This document shows positions 18,250-28,415 of a stretch of DNA of 35,554 nucleotides, piece by piece. The notes beneath the pieces were generated by a model. It ran no database searches, had not been told where the DNA came from, and worked only from the letters and a program-made list of their open reading frames with translations. Positions within the stretch are counted from its first letter, which is position 1; every line of letters begins with the position of its first letter. The translations under genes and the position numbers were made by a program. Origin of the DNA: Parcubacteria group bacterium (GTDB lineage: Bacteria > Patescibacteriota > Minisyncoccia > UBA6257 > UBA11618); contig CALRGO010000005.1 of the NCBI GenBank assembly GCA_943357895.1, forward strand, positions 1 through 35,554, read 5' to 3'.

Positions 18250-19467
18250 CTAATTGCCGAGTAGCGCCAAAACAAGCTTAATTTCGCGGATTGCCACAAG
18301 GGTTTCGCGCGCAGGAACACCACCTATCGCGTCTGCCACCGCCGCGATACGCTTATCTATAAACGCCGGCTTTACGCGCACCGCATCGTACTGCAATTTC
18401 ACAAACGCTAATTCTTCGCGCAAATCCTGCGCGGATAACGTATTTAAAAGCAATGCGTCGGTTGCGGCACCTGATGCAAGCACGCCGTGCTGAAACGCAA
18501 GGTCATACGCACCCTCGCCCATAAACCGGTTCGCTTGCTGGATAAAGTAGCTCGCTTGATCACTCTTAACGCCCTGCATAGCGGCAACGGATGCCGCGTG
18601 CGCGATTGCCGCACGTGCCTCGTGCGCCGTCATAAACCGCGCCTCGGCTGCCGCCTTTAAAACGCTCTGACTCGCAAGCGTAAGAATATTTTTTGTTTCC
18701 ACGTCGCCGGCGCGGTCGCGCATGGCGGCTATGGAATAAAACCGCATACGGGGGTCACCCGAAAGCGACGCGAGATTATCGGCAGTCACTAAACCCCTCT
18801 TTAACTTACCCACGAGCACGGTTGCCATATCTTCTTTAAAGAGTCCGATCTCCCGCGACATGTCGGGCGAGGCAACTACCGTAGCTAAACCAGCAAGGGC
18901 ATCCAAAGCGTATAATTCGCGGTATGCGCCGGTATCGGTAGTGACAAACTCCTGCGCGCGGCTACGGAAAGCCCCATGACCGTTCTGCCCGAACACTTCA
19001 AGAACAAGGTTTATAAGGTTTTCACGCGAAGCGATAACGCCGGACCGAACACCAACGCTCCCCACTACGCTTTTACCAACAAGCACCGTATTAAAAAATT
19101 GCGTGTGCGTCATAAACAGCTCTGCGACGCCCGTAAACACCTGACTATCCCCAATGCCCCGTGCGACAGTAGTAAGGGAATCAACTTCGTCGTCATAGGC
19201 GCGCAAAGCCGTAAAAATAACTTCGTCATCCTTTCCCGCCACAAGGACTTCTTTAATATCAGCACGCCGCTCGGAAACAAGGCGTAATTCAAGAAGCGCT
19301 TTTGACACGGCATTAAAAGTTAATGCGCGACGCAAGCTCCGCATGCCATCCTGAACGAAATAAAACGGGTTGCCGGGGGGTAATGTTGCCGCGTTTGCGC
19401 TACCCGTAAAAAGCGCAAAAATTACCCCATGGGCAATAAAAAAACCAGATATAATCTGCTTTTTCAT
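18250..19467 (-). CDS. secreted/membrane helical protein with a DUF5667-like N-terminal domain
   Basis: Signal peptide from MKKQII, then an LPPGNPFYFVQ...ERRADI pattern. Start placed after TGG-TATGCT. Confidence 0.65.
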   Translation of the reverse strand: MKKQIISGFFIAHGVIFALFTGSANAATLPPGNPFYFVQDGMRSLRRALTFNAVSKALLELRLVSERRADIKEVLVAGKDDEVIFTALRAYDDEVDSLTTVARGIGDSQVFTGVAELFMTHTQFFNTVLVGKSVVGSVGVRSGVIASRENLINLVLEVFGQNGHGAFRSRAQEFVTTDTGAYRELYALDALAGLATVVASPDMSREIGLFKEDMATVLVGKLKRGLVTADNLASLSGDPRMRFYSIAAMRDRAGDVETKNILTLASQSVLKAAAEARFMTAHEARAAIAHAASVAAMQGVKSDQASYFIQQANRFMGEGAYDLAFQHGVLASGAATDALLLNTLSAQDLREELAFVKLQYDAVRVKPAFIDKRIAAVADAIGGVPARETLVAIREIKLVLALLGN

Positions 19468-19571
19468 GATAGGTACAGCATACCATAGGCTGAGCGCGGG
19501 TACAAGGAAGAATGCATACACACCCTAGAAAGTTATTTGACATTAAAACAACGATGCGTTATATTATATAT

Positions 19572-19744
19572 AGAGCTTAAAAGCTCGGGTCACGGACCGC
19601 CTACGGGAAGGTGAGATATCCCACAAGGCGATGAAGAAAGCGGCACCAAAGAAGGAACGGCATGCCCCCCCTCGCGACGCCAAGTACCCCGTGCCCGAGC
19701 TATACTCCCCGACGCGCCATTCTCTCCGCGTCGGGGATTTTTTT
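19572..19744 (+). ncRNA. candidate structured ncRNA with own promoter and terminator (family unassigned)
   Basis: TTGACA-17-TATATT (19537-19565), closing stem AGCTCGGG-T-CACGG/CCGTGCCCGAGCT, inner CGCCT/AGGCG hairpin, terminator TCCCCGACGCG/CGCGTCGGGGA plus T7. Confidence 0.7.
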
Positions 19745-19777
19745 CTACCCACTACTCACTATCCACTAATCACTTCG

Positions 19778-21082
19778 TCAGTATCCCTCGAGCATGTGCG
19801 CGTGCTCGTGGCCGCGAATACGCGCCAAGGCCTTTGCCTCGATCTGCCGAATGCGTTCACGGGTGACGCCGAACTGCTTACCCACTTCCTCCAAGGTGTG
19901 CGTTACGCCATCATCCAAGCCGAACCGCATGCCCAAAATCTTTTGCTCGCGCGGCGCCAAGTCTTCCAAAATTTTTCTAATGCGTTCGCGCAGCAACGCC
20001 TGCGAGGCAGACTGCTGAGGCGATAAGGTCTTTTCGTCCTGTATGAAGTTTGCGAGTACCGAATCATCGTCGTCCCCGCCGTCACCCAAGGGCGATTCTA
20101 AGGAAATAACTTCCTGCGAAATTTTCTGTATATGGTAGACGCGCTCCACCGGCACGCCCATTTCTATGGCGATTTCTTCCGCTAATGGTTCGCGGCCGAG
20201 TTCTTGGAAAAGGCGGCGCTTCGCCTGCGTGTACTTCGAAATAGTTTCCACCATATGAACGGGGATACGGATAGTACGCGACTGGTCTGCTAAGGCGCGC
20301 GTAATTGCCTGCCGGATCCACCAGTGGGCGTAGGTCGAAAACTTGTATCCGCGGCGGTAGTCGAACTTGTCGACCGCGCGCGACAGGCCGATATTCCCTT
20401 CTTGTATCAAGTCCAAGATAGAAAGGTTAGGGCTGCGGTTCACATACCGCTTAGCGATGGAAACAACCAAACGAAGGTTCGCCTTAATAAACTGGCGGCG
20501 CGCCTCTTCGTCCCCTTTTTCGATGCGCTTGGCGAGTTCGCGCTCATCTTCGGACTTTAAAAGGCTCTCGCGGCCGATTTCCTTTAAATACGATTGCACG
20601 GCGTCGAGTGCGGCAGCGGGGATATGGCCGTCGGCCTCAATACCCTTCACGCTCACACTATCATCCTTCGGTACGTCAATAAGCTGGCTCGTCTCGATTA
20701 CCTTAATGTTCGATTTTTCGAGTTCGTTGTAGATTTCCTCAAGGAAGACGATATCGTCTTCGATCGTCGGGAAATACTGTAAAACCTCGGTATCCGTAAT
20801 AAACCCACGGCCACGGCCACGGTCGATAAGCTCGCCTAATTTTTCCGTATCAAATTTGCGCTTTTCTTCGGCGCGCAAGGTAGCCTTCGGCTTCTTTGCG
20901 GGCTTTGCGGATTTCTTAACAGCCTTACGTGGAGCAACTTTCTTAACCTTGGAAACGGTTTTAGCCCGCGGTGCGGGCTTTTTCACTGCTTTCTTTATAT
21001 TTTTCTTTACTGCCTTTTTAGCAGGCTTCACTTTTACTTTAGCTTTCGCTTTCGCCGTAGGCTTCTTATTTCCTTTTGCCAT
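19778..21082 (-). CDS. rpoD: primary sigma70 factor with a Lys/Ala/Pro-rich N-terminal extension
   Basis: [42 protein letters not shown] and [10 protein letters not shown]. It lies downstream of dnaG. Confidence 0.97.
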   Translation of the reverse strand: MAKGNKKPTAKAKAKVKVKPAKKAVKKNIKKAVKKPAPRAKTVSKVKKVAPRKAVKKSAKPAKKPKATLRAEEKRKFDTEKLGELIDRGRGRGFITDTEVLQYFPTIEDDIVFLEEIYNELEKSNIKVIETSQLIDVPKDDSVSVKGIEADGHIPAAALDAVQSYLKEIGRESLLKSEDERELAKRIEKGDEEARRQFIKANLRLVVSIAKRYVNRSPNLSILDLIQEGNIGLSRAVDKFDYRRGYKFSTYAHWWIRQAITRALADQSRTIRIPVHMVETISKYTQAKRRLFQELGREPLAEEIAIEMGVPVERVYHIQKISQEVISLESPLGDGGDDDDSVLANFIQDEKTLSPQQSASQALLRERIRKILEDLAPREQKILGMRFGLDDGVTHTLEEVGKQFGVTRERIRQIEAKALARIRGHEHAHMLEGY

Positions 21083-22727
21083 CAGGGATAGTATGCAACT
21101 GCCGCGTCACATTGTCAAACTCTGTTAGTGCAATTTTAAGCGCCTCGTCGTCACGGGTCGCTTGTGCGGTAAGTATCCGCGCTTTGATATCTAGTAACCG
21201 CTCACGATGCAATTCCTTACGTAATTCTTCCGTAAGGGACGTAACCTCCGCCGCGCGATCTTCGGGGGTTATTTCGTGAGTCTCTAATTCAGCTCGTAAA
21301 TCGGCTATGGGGGAGACTACTACCGCATAATCCGGCATAGCAGCAACAAGCTCGGCATTACCCCCTAACTTAGCGATACGGTCGATTATAAGCGTCTTAC
21401 GAGCTGCGCGTGGCGGCAGAGGTGCGGCGATAGCAAGCGGCGCCTTGGGGCCGACCGGCGCTTCCAGACGCTCCATTTCAGCATGAAGCACGTGCTCCGT
21501 AACGCCGGTAGCCATAGAAAGTGCACATAACCACGCCGATTGCTCGAACGGGCTTTGGAGCGCTTTGATTTTAAGAAGGATAAACCGCGCGCCGCGCTTA
21601 CGGTCGTCGGGATTCGTAAGCGACTGCGGTAAATAACGGTTAAAATAAAACTCGCGTGCTGACTGCGGGTGCGCCACAAGATCCAAAAGAAGCGCCGGAT
21701 CGTTTTTCGCGATATCCGCCGGATCCTTATCTTTCATGCTTATAATACCCACCGAAAAATCGTGTGCGAGGGCAAGGTCGATGCCGCGCTCTATCGCCCG
21801 CTGACCGGCTTCGTCGTTGTCGAAACATAAGAGCAATTTTTCGCTAATGCGGCGTAAGGCCAGCAAATGGTCGGCGGTAAGCGCGGTGCCGGAGGTTGCT
21901 ATCACGTTTTTCACCCCGCTTTGGTACGACATCAAAAAATCCATCTGACCTTCCACAAGAACCGCCGTCCCCGCTTCGCGTATCGCCCCTTTGGACTTAT
22001 GGAAGCCGTATAAAATCTTCGACTTTTGGAAGATGGGGGTTTCGGGCGAGTTCACGTATTTGGCAATGTCAGCCGGTGCAAAAGCCAACGGCATTATGCG
22101 GCCGGTAAAACCCACGACTTTACTCACATGGTTATAGAGCGGGAACATCAGCCGGCCACGAAACCTATCCCAATACGTCCCCCGCTCGGTGCGGAATACA
22201 AGGCCAGAACTTTCAATGTCTTGCATGCTTAACCCTTTTTTAACCAAGTGCCGCAATAGTAAATCCGAAGAGGGTGGCGCGTAGCCTATTTCGAATTCGG
22301 CGATAGTTTCGCGCGTAAGGCCGCGACCAAGGGCGTATTCCCAAATATCGTCCGTCATATTAGCGCGAAAGAATTCCACCGCCGCCTCTTGGGCGGCATA
22401 CAACGCATCGTATTTTTTGTATTCGGATCCGCCGCTCCGCAAACGGGCGGAATCGATGCCGGCCCGCTCGGCGAGCAACTTCAATGCGTCGTAAAACTCG
22501 ACGTTTTCATACTTCATTACGAACGAAATCACGTCGCCGCCTTCATTGCACCCGCCGAAGCAATGCCAATTGCGCCGCTCGGGCGATATCATAAATGACG
22601 GCGTCTTTTCCTTATGAAACGGGCAACACGCCTTGAAATTGCGGCCGGCCGGAAATACGGGAATATAGCTGCGAATGACTTCGACGACATCCAGCTTATC
22701 CTTTACATCTTCTACGACGGTTCCCAT
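21066..22727 (-). CDS. dnaG: DNA primase
   Basis: [11 protein letters not shown] Zn finger, [14 protein letters not shown] and FDNDEAG Toprim motifs. Confidence 0.97.
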   Translation of the reverse strand: MGTVVEDVKDKLDVVEVIRSYIPVFPAGRNFKACCPFHKEKTPSFMISPERRNWHCFGGCNEGGDVISFVMKYENVEFYDALKLLAERAGIDSARLRSGGSEYKKYDALYAAQEAAVEFFRANMTDDIWEYALGRGLTRETIAEFEIGYAPPSSDLLLRHLVKKGLSMQDIESSGLVFRTERGTYWDRFRGRLMFPLYNHVSKVVGFTGRIMPLAFAPADIAKYVNSPETPIFQKSKILYGFHKSKGAIREAGTAVLVEGQMDFLMSYQSGVKNVIATSGTALTADHLLALRRISEKLLLCFDNDEAGQRAIERGIDLALAHDFSVGIISMKDKDPADIAKNDPALLLDLVAHPQSAREFYFNRYLPQSLTNPDDRKRGARFILLKIKALQSPFEQSAWLCALSMATGVTEHVLHAEMERLEAPVGPKAPLAIAAPLPPRAARKTLIIDRIAKLGGNAELVAAMPDYAVVVSPIADLRAELETHEITPEDRAAEVTSLTEELRKELHRERLLDIKARILTAQATRDDEALKIALTEFDNVTRQLHTIPDGKRK

Positions 22728-22818
22728 TACTATTAGTAGTACCGCATATTTACTGCCTTGCGAAGCACTTGCAAAAACCAGCGAAACGGCATATGATTAC
22801 CTTACTTAACGTATTCCC

Positions 22819-23010
22819 ATGAAACACTGCTTATTGTGCGGCAAAGGATCAATTATGGCGGGCACTCGCAAGCTTTTGCGTGGCCACTACAACCCTACGA
22901 ACTGGAGCCGTAAATACCCCAACCTCCAAAAGACCCCCTTAGCCGACGGCCAAACTGTCATGGCGTGCACTCGCTGCCGCCGCACCCTTGTGAAGCCGGC
23001 TCGCAAATAA
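22819..23010 (+). CDS. rpmB: 50S ribosomal protein L28
   Basis: CLLCGK...PNLQ...CTRCRRT. Promoter TTGCAA-17-TATGAT upstream. Confidence 0.88.
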   Translation: MKHCLLCGKGSIMAGTRKLLRGHYNPTNWSRKYPNLQKTPLADGQTVMACTRCRRTLVKPARK

Positions 23011-23023
23011 GATACTAGGACTA

Positions 23024-23094
23024 CGGGGTGTAGTATATGGGTAGTACGCAAAGCTGGGGGTTTTGCAAACCGGGTTCAAGCCCCGGCACCCCGA
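23024..23094 (+). tRNA. tRNA-Pro(GGG), CCA not encoded
   Basis: Acceptor CGGGGTG/CACCCCG-A, anticodon loop CT-GGG-GG, T arm CCGGG-TTCAAGC-CCCGG. Confidence 0.92.
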
Positions 23095-23098
23095 CCGC

Positions 23099-23138
23099 AA
23101 TAAATCAAAAAGCGCCATACGGCGTTTTTTGATTTATT
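23099..23138. terminator. bidirectional terminator
   Basis: AATAAATCAAAAAGCGCC-ATAC-GGCGTTTTTTGATTTATT between convergent units. Confidence 0.85.
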
Positions 23139-23151
23139 GTCAAAAAACCCT

Positions 23152-23520
23152 CTACCCGATATGCGTGTGCACCTTCGCTATAAGGTCATTCGGCGTAAAA
23201 TGCGCCTTTATCAAATAATCTTTCGCACCTAATTTCATCCCCCGCTCCACATCTTCGCGCTGGCCGAGGTTGCTTAAAATAATTACGGGGATAGCGGCAA
23301 CGCCCGCTACCTTCGCTTTTGCCTCTAAGTAATCGAACCCATTCATAATAGGTAATATGATATCCAAGACCACTAAATCCGGCTTCTTTTTCGCCGTCAT
23401 ATCGAGCGCCTCGCTGCCGTCGAGCGCCTCGATCACAGTAAACCCCTCCTTCACAAGCTTCGCCACGAGCACTTCGCGCATGTATTTTTCGTCCTCGACC
23501 ACTAAGATCGTCTTTGTCAT
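23152..23520 (-). CDS. single-domain response regulator (REC)
   Basis: VVEDE, VVLDIILP, ILSN and YLIK motifs. Confidence 0.95.
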   Translation of the reverse strand: MTKTILVVEDEKYMREVLVAKLVKEGFTVIEALDGSEALDMTAKKKPDLVVLDIILPIMNGFDYLEAKAKVAGVAAIPVIILSNLGQREDVERGMKLGAKDYLIKAHFTPNDLIAKVHTHIG

Positions 23521-23532
23521 ATAAGGTTTATA

Positions 23533-25059
23533 TTAGCGCAATGGGAGCGTTATGGTAAACGCCGCACCTTCGTTTTCTTTTGATTCGACTTCTATTGTCC
23601 CCCGATGTCGCTCGATAATATTTTTAACGATATATAAACCCAAGCCAAAACCTTGTACCTGCATCTTTACCACGTTATCCCCACGAAAGAATCGCGAAAA
23701 AATCTGCGCCTTTTGCTGGGCCGGGATCCCCACGCCGGTATCTACCACCCTAATCTTTACCACATGCACTTCACGCACCACAGAAACCGTAACGGATCCC
23801 TTCGGCTTATTGTACCGAATGGCGTTGTCTATGAGGTTACCAATTGCCATTTCGATTTTCTCCGCGTCGAGTGGCACGAGGGGCATACGTAATTTTGTGC
23901 GTTGCTTTTCTACCGTAAGCTTCACGCCGGCATGCCGCGCCTCATCGCGGAAGGAATCCGCAACGTGGGCCACGAGCGCTAAAACGTCGGTCTTTCGCGG
24001 CATAAAATTATACCGTCCCTCCTCGATACGGGTGATATTTAATAAGTCATTTACAAGCTTAATCATCTGCTCATTCGTTTCGTAACTGCGCGATAGGAAA
24101 TGCTTTTGCTTTTCGTTCAGCCTGCCCCAATCACCATCAAGTAATGTCTTTATATTCCACTTCGTGCCGGTAAGGGGCGAACGAAGCTGATGCGCTAAAA
24201 GGGAAATATAGTCCGACTTCGCCTTATGCAACGTTTCTTCGCGCACGGCTATCGCCATAATTTTTTTGAAATTAATAATAAGGATTATGACGAAAATAAC
24301 GCCCATCACCATCAAAATGACGGCGAGCGCAATGGCATTATATTTATTCGCCCATGCTTCGGTAAGCGGATCCTCGGCGACCACTGTCCAGCCGATGCCC
24401 GTGGCACGCAGTGCAACACCCAACACTTCATCCCCTGCCTCGTTAACGTAGGTGCCCGACCCGCCCGATGGTAAGGCGGCATCCGCGCCCATGAACGAAC
24501 GTGCACCCTCGACATCGATATCCGTCACGCCCTCGTATTCATGGAATACAATTCCCCCTTTCGCGTCGACCGCGTACAAGCGGCCGAGGACTCCCACGCG
24601 CTCCGAGGCCATTTCGGCTATCACGTCGCCTATTGTCACTACCATATCAAGTGAAAAATCGGTATACGGCAAGGGCGCCGTAATACGTATAACCTTGCGA
24701 CCAGCCATCGGCATGACAGGGCTCACAACATATTCCCCATATTCCGAAGTAGTGGGAATCAAAGACGCCGCTATAAAATCAGGATGACGCGCAAGGAATT
24801 TCCCAATAATAATATCCGTCTTTTTCTTATTTGTACCCGTTTCCAAAATATCGAGCGCTAAACCGCCCATTTCGCGTAATTTCTTCTCAAGAAAAAAGTC
24901 AGCACGAAGCGCTACGCGCCGCGCGACTTCCGCCTGATACTGCACTGCCGACTGTTCCACATCGCGCATGAAAGGAGCGAGCCATACGGCGTTCGAAAGT
25001 ATAAAAATAACTCCTATCGCGATGACAACTGGCCACGCGAATAATTTTTCTCGGCTCAC
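23533..25059 (-). CDS. membrane sensor histidine kinase (Cache-like sensor)
   Basis: Two TM segments, HQLRSPL H-box, NLIDNAIRY, DTGVGI and GFGLGL. Start probably GTG 25059 after TGG-TATTCT. Confidence 0.93.
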   Translation of the reverse strand: MSREKLFAWPVVIAIGVIFILSNAVWLAPFMRDVEQSAVQYQAEVARRVALRADFFLEKKLREMGGLALDILETGTNKKKTDIIIGKFLARHPDFIAASLIPTTSEYGEYVVSPVMPMAGRKVIRITAPLPYTDFSLDMVVTIGDVIAEMASERVGVLGRLYAVDAKGGIVFHEYEGVTDIDVEGARSFMGADAALPSGGSGTYVNEAGDEVLGVALRATGIGWTVVAEDPLTEAWANKYNAIALAVILMVMGVIFVIILIINFKKIMAIAVREETLHKAKSDYISLLAHQLRSPLTGTKWNIKTLLDGDWGRLNEKQKHFLSRSYETNEQMIKLVNDLLNITRIEEGRYNFMPRKTDVLALVAHVADSFRDEARHAGVKLTVEKQRTKLRMPLVPLDAEKIEMAIGNLIDNAIRYNKPKGSVTVSVVREVHVVKIRVVDTGVGIPAQQKAQIFSRFFRGDNVVKMQVQGFGLGLYIVKNIIERHRGTIEVESKENEGAAFTITLPLR

Positions 25060-25113
25060 CTTACAAGAATACCACACGCGCAACCCGTCGTGTGTGGGGA
25101 TAAAACTACTGTA

Positions 25114-25647
25114 TTAAAAACGAGAGATACGACTCACGAAGTATACCGCAAAAATACCGATAAGGGCGCCGCAAAGGATATCCGTCGGGTAATGCACAAG
25201 CGAATAAACGCGCGCTATACCAACAAGTAAGGCGCAGGCGAAAAACCAGTACCCCCATTTTTTATTTAACTGCCATATGCTCGCCGCAAGCGTAAAAAGC
25301 ATAGTCGCATGAGCCGAGGGGAAGGACGGCGTCGTATCATGTGCCGTAAGAGGTGTCCAACCAAACTCCACAAAGGGACGCATGCGGCCGTAGCCGTAAC
25401 GGATTGCCGGCAGCACAATCCCCGAAGCGATGATAATCGCAAGAAGCGTCATAAGGATAAACTGCAAACGCCGCTTCTTACTGAGTAAGGGCGTAGTTTC
25501 CGAAAACGCGCGCGGCGTAAAAAGAACTACAACAAAAGCAGCCATAAACAAGTACGGCAAATATGAGGCGAAAAAAACCGCTACTCCGTCCAAAAACGGA
25601 AAGCGGCCTATAATCGAATGGGCGAACTCTAGGGTAGCGCCGTCCAT
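25114..25647 (-). CDS. PAP2-family phosphatase (undecaprenyl-diphosphatase-like)
   Basis: RxxxxRMRP, SFPSAH and ARVYSLVHYPTD motifs. Confidence 0.92.
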   Translation of the reverse strand: MDGATLEFAHSIIGRFPFLDGVAVFFASYLPYLFMAAFVVVLFTPRAFSETTPLLSKKRRLQFILMTLLAIIIASGIVLPAIRYGYGRMRPFVEFGWTPLTAHDTTPSFPSAHATMLFTLAASIWQLNKKWGYWFFACALLVGIARVYSLVHYPTDILCGALIGIFAVYFVSRISRF

Positions 25648-25650
25648 TTT

Positions 25651-25860
25651 TTAGTTGGCGCGGACGAATGGCATGAGCCCTAAAACGCGTGCGCGCTTTA
25701 TCGCCTGCGCTAAGCGGCGCTGGTGGCGGGCGCAGACAGAGCTATAGCGCGGGTCAATAATCTTCATCTGACCCGAAATAAAGCCACGGAGTAATTCCGT
25801 ATCTTTGTAATCGATGTCATGCACGTCCTGCGAACAGAAGAAGCACTGGATTTCTTTCAT
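25651..25860 (-). CDS. rpsR: 30S ribosomal protein S18
   Basis: IDYKD, HQRRLAQAIKRAR and LMPF. Confidence 0.96.
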   Translation of the reverse strand: MKEIQCFFCSQDVHDIDYKDTELLRGFISGQMKIIDPRYSSVCARHQRRLAQAIKRARVLGLMPFVRAN

Positions 25861-25890
25861 AAATAGTTTTTGTATACTACCGGAAAATTG

Positions 25891-26391
25891 CTAGAAGTTC
25901 AAGTCTTCGGGCTTGATACCGTCTTCCTCGGGAAAGAAGTCCGCCGGCGTTTCGTGCGGCGCGTCGAGATCGATAGTGGGGATTTCTTGCGCTGGAGCAA
26001 AGCCGCTTTGCGGCGATGCATCCCCCTGCGGACGGGGCGTAAAGCCTCCTCCTTGGTTACCGGCCGATCGCGGCCCGAGCTGCATAAACTCCGCAACGAT
26101 TTCCGTGGTGCGGCGCTTACCGCCCGTCTTATCCGTCCAGTCACGGCTCTGCAACCTACCCTCAATAAGCACCATGCCACCTTTGGTTAAAAAGCGCTGG
26201 GCAACCTCCGCCTGCCTACCCCATACGACGATGTTATGAAACTGCACATCCTCCTTTTTCGCGCCGCTCTTGTCGTTCCATGTGCGGTTCGTCGCCATAG
26301 AAAACGTGGCGACCTGCTGGCCAGCAGGAGTCGTCCGCAGCTGCGGATCCCCCGTTAACCGACCTATAAGCGTTACCTTATTGAGGTTCAT
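25891..26391 (-). CDS. ssb: single-stranded DNA-binding protein
   Basis: MNLNKVTLIGRL, IEGRLQSR and an acidic tail ending in F. Confidence 0.97.
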   Translation of the reverse strand: MNLNKVTLIGRLTGDPQLRTTPAGQQVATFSMATNRTWNDKSGAKKEDVQFHNIVVWGRQAEVAQRFLTKGGMVLIEGRLQSRDWTDKTGGKRRTTEIVAEFMQLGPRSAGNQGGGFTPRPQGDASPQSGFAPAQEIPTIDLDAPHETPADFFPEEDGIKPEDLNF

Positions 26392-26788
26392 TAGTACCCT
26401 GAATGGTTTCGAGAGCGGCTTCGAGCGCCGCGTTGCTTACCGCCTCTGGCGAAAAAGGCTTCGTTTCAAGCTTCTCGGCTTTCGGTTCGCGCGCGTCACG
26501 ACGGCGGGTCATTACGGGTGGAGTGATTAAGATGTGGCGAAGGACTGCCGTGTTCGTACGCACCGACTCCTCCATGACTACGACGTCCTCCGGCGAGGTT
26601 TTCACGACGTATATCGTAAGGAAAGCGGATTCATACTTCTTAATCGGGTAGCCCAACGGAACCGATTTCGGCCCTTCTTTTTTAACTACTTCGATATTTG
26701 CGCCTAACTCAAGAACCGTCTTATCGCTTACCGTAAGCACGGCAAGTTCGTACAGACGCGCATCCCTCTTTTCTACTACAGAATCCAT
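26378..26788 (-). CDS. rpsF: 30S ribosomal protein S6
   Basis: YELAV, LGYPIKK and VLRHILI, in rpsF-ssb-rpsR order. Start uncertain by a few codons. Confidence 0.85.
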   Translation of the reverse strand: MDSVVEKRDARLYELAVLTVSDKTVLELGANIEVVKKEGPKSVPLGYPIKKYESAFLTIYVVKTSPEDVVVMEESVRTNTAVLRHILITPPVMTRRRDAREPKAEKLETKPFSPEAVSNAALEAALETIQGTNEPQ

Positions 26789-26817
26789 ATGCATGAAAAT
26801 TACCAAAAAACACCCCC

Positions 26818-27636
26818 TTAGTCAATCTTCCAGACCGCACGGGCGTTTTGCACCGTTATTCGCGCCACCTCGTCAAAAGCAACGCCTTTTAGCTCAGCTA
26901 GCTTCTTAACGACTTCCTCAACGTATGCCGGCTCGTTACGCTTGCCGCGATAGGGAACAGGGGTAACGTATGGAGCGTCCGTTTCGGCTAGTATGCGACT
27001 CAGCGGGATTACCGCGATTACTTCATCGTAATCGCGGGTAAAGGTTATCACGCCGCCAAAAGTAAAGTAGCAACCGAGTGCAAGCAGTTGCTCTGCCACG
27101 GACACGGAGCCGACGAAAAAATGAATAACAGTAGGTAGTGAGCAGTGGGTAGTAGATAGAATACCAATTAAATCTTCGTAGGCGTCGTCCGTATCCTTCT
27201 TAGGCCGGCAGTGGATCATAAGCGGCTTACCGACCTCTTTCGCAACCGCGATATGCGCGCGAAAAACTTCTTTCTGCTTTTCCTTTATCTGTTCCGCGCC
27301 ATCCTTTAACCGGTAATAATCCAAACCACACTCGCCGATGCCAACGGCCTTCGGGTGCACCGCTAATTCCCGCAACGTATCTATATTAAAACTATCCAAA
27401 CCGCTCGCCTCGCTTCCCGGGCGAAGCGGGCCATCCGCTGGATGCGTACCGACCGTCGCCCACAGGCAACTCGGATACTCTTCCGCGAGGGCAAGTGCTG
27501 CGCGCGACGTAGCCTCGTCCACGCCCACGGTAATTGTTTTTACGCCCGCAGATTGCATACGTAAAATGACATCCGTGCGGTCAGCATCGAATTCTGGTAA
27601 CTGTAAATGGCTATGAGTATCTATGAGTATTATCAT
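26818..27636 (-). CDS. tatD: TatD-family deoxyribonuclease
   Basis: DTHSH, IGECGLDY, IHCR, ETDAPY and RNEP. Confidence 0.95.
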   Translation of the reverse strand: MIILIDTHSHLQLPEFDADRTDVILRMQSAGVKTITVGVDEATSRAALALAEEYPSCLWATVGTHPADGPLRPGSEASGLDSFNIDTLRELAVHPKAVGIGECGLDYYRLKDGAEQIKEKQKEVFRAHIAVAKEVGKPLMIHCRPKKDTDDAYEDLIGILSTTHCSLPTVIHFFVGSVSVAEQLLALGCYFTFGGVITFTRDYDEVIAVIPLSRILAETDAPYVTPVPYRGKRNEPAYVEEVVKKLAELKGVAFDEVARITVQNARAVWKID

Positions 27637-27673
27637 TAATTACTACAATAACATAACTTTATTCTGGATATTT

Positions 27674-27705
27674 AAAAAAAGACCCGCAACTTTTCAGTTG
27701 CGGGT
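27674..27705 (-). terminator. terminator closing orphan cassette 4
   Basis: GACCCGCAACT-TTTC-AGTTGCGGGTC followed by T7 on the minus strand. Confidence 0.85.
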
Positions 27706-27733
27706 CGTGACCCCTACATGCGCACAAGTCATC

Positions 27734-28300
27734 TCATGCAACGGCGAGTTCGGTGTCCGCTACGGCTTCTCCGAAGCCGGAATCGGGTTCAACCCACACG
27801 CACGTCGCGTCAATGAAATGGAGCCCCATACGACATGAATCGGGGACATTCATAAAAAGGGAATTATCGACGAGTAGAAGTGTAACCACACTCGCCGTCA
27901 ACGCCCCACTACTCAATGCCTGCAAAATTTCTTCCGGACTTCGACTAAAACCTCTCTTTCCCTGTGAGCAAACTTCAACAGAAAGAAGCTCGCGACCATA
28001 CTGGTCGTAAATCTTACCTGTTACCTCGTCACGTCGCAAAGAAACGGAAAAAACTTTTGGCTGCCCGCAAGAACCGAGGCTAAATCCCCGACCATCATGC
28101 ATCTCAGCATCTAAAGAAGCTCCCCGCGGCCATTCAGGCGACGCACGGATCGGAATAAGCCGACCCCCAACCTCAAAATCAACAGCACCGAGACAACCAG
28201 ATTCATCCGGTATACTAACCGAAGATGAAGTGGTCCCGCCTTTTTTCGAACGCATCCACCGCACGAATAAGGCAACTAACCAGCTAGTCAAAAAACTCAT
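27734..28300 (-). CDS. hypothetical protein (orphan cassette 4) inserted between metG and tatD
   Basis: ATG 28300 with GGAGGT SD, promoter TTGACT-17-TAAGGT (28402-28374), amphipathic N-terminus. Confidence 0.7.
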   Translation of the reverse strand: MSFLTSWLVALFVRWMRSKKGGTTSSSVSIPDESGCLGAVDFEVGGRLIPIRASPEWPRGASLDAEMHDGRGFSLGSCGQPKVFSVSLRRDEVTGKIYDQYGRELLSVEVCSQGKRGFSRSPEEILQALSSGALTASVVTLLLVDNSLFMNVPDSCRMGLHFIDATCVWVEPDSGFGEAVADTELAVA

Positions 28301-28415
28301 CGATCCTACCTCCAAAAGAAACGAGGAAACAAAAATGCGCGCGCAGCGCATTATCCAAAAACGAACTGTTAATACCTTAACAGATTAGTATTAAAAAGTC
28401 AAGTTTTACTGAGAA

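Noticed and set aside
19631-20026. Plus-strand ORF MKKAAPKK
   Set aside because: It runs through a strong terminator and antisense into rpoD. The region is better explained as RNA.
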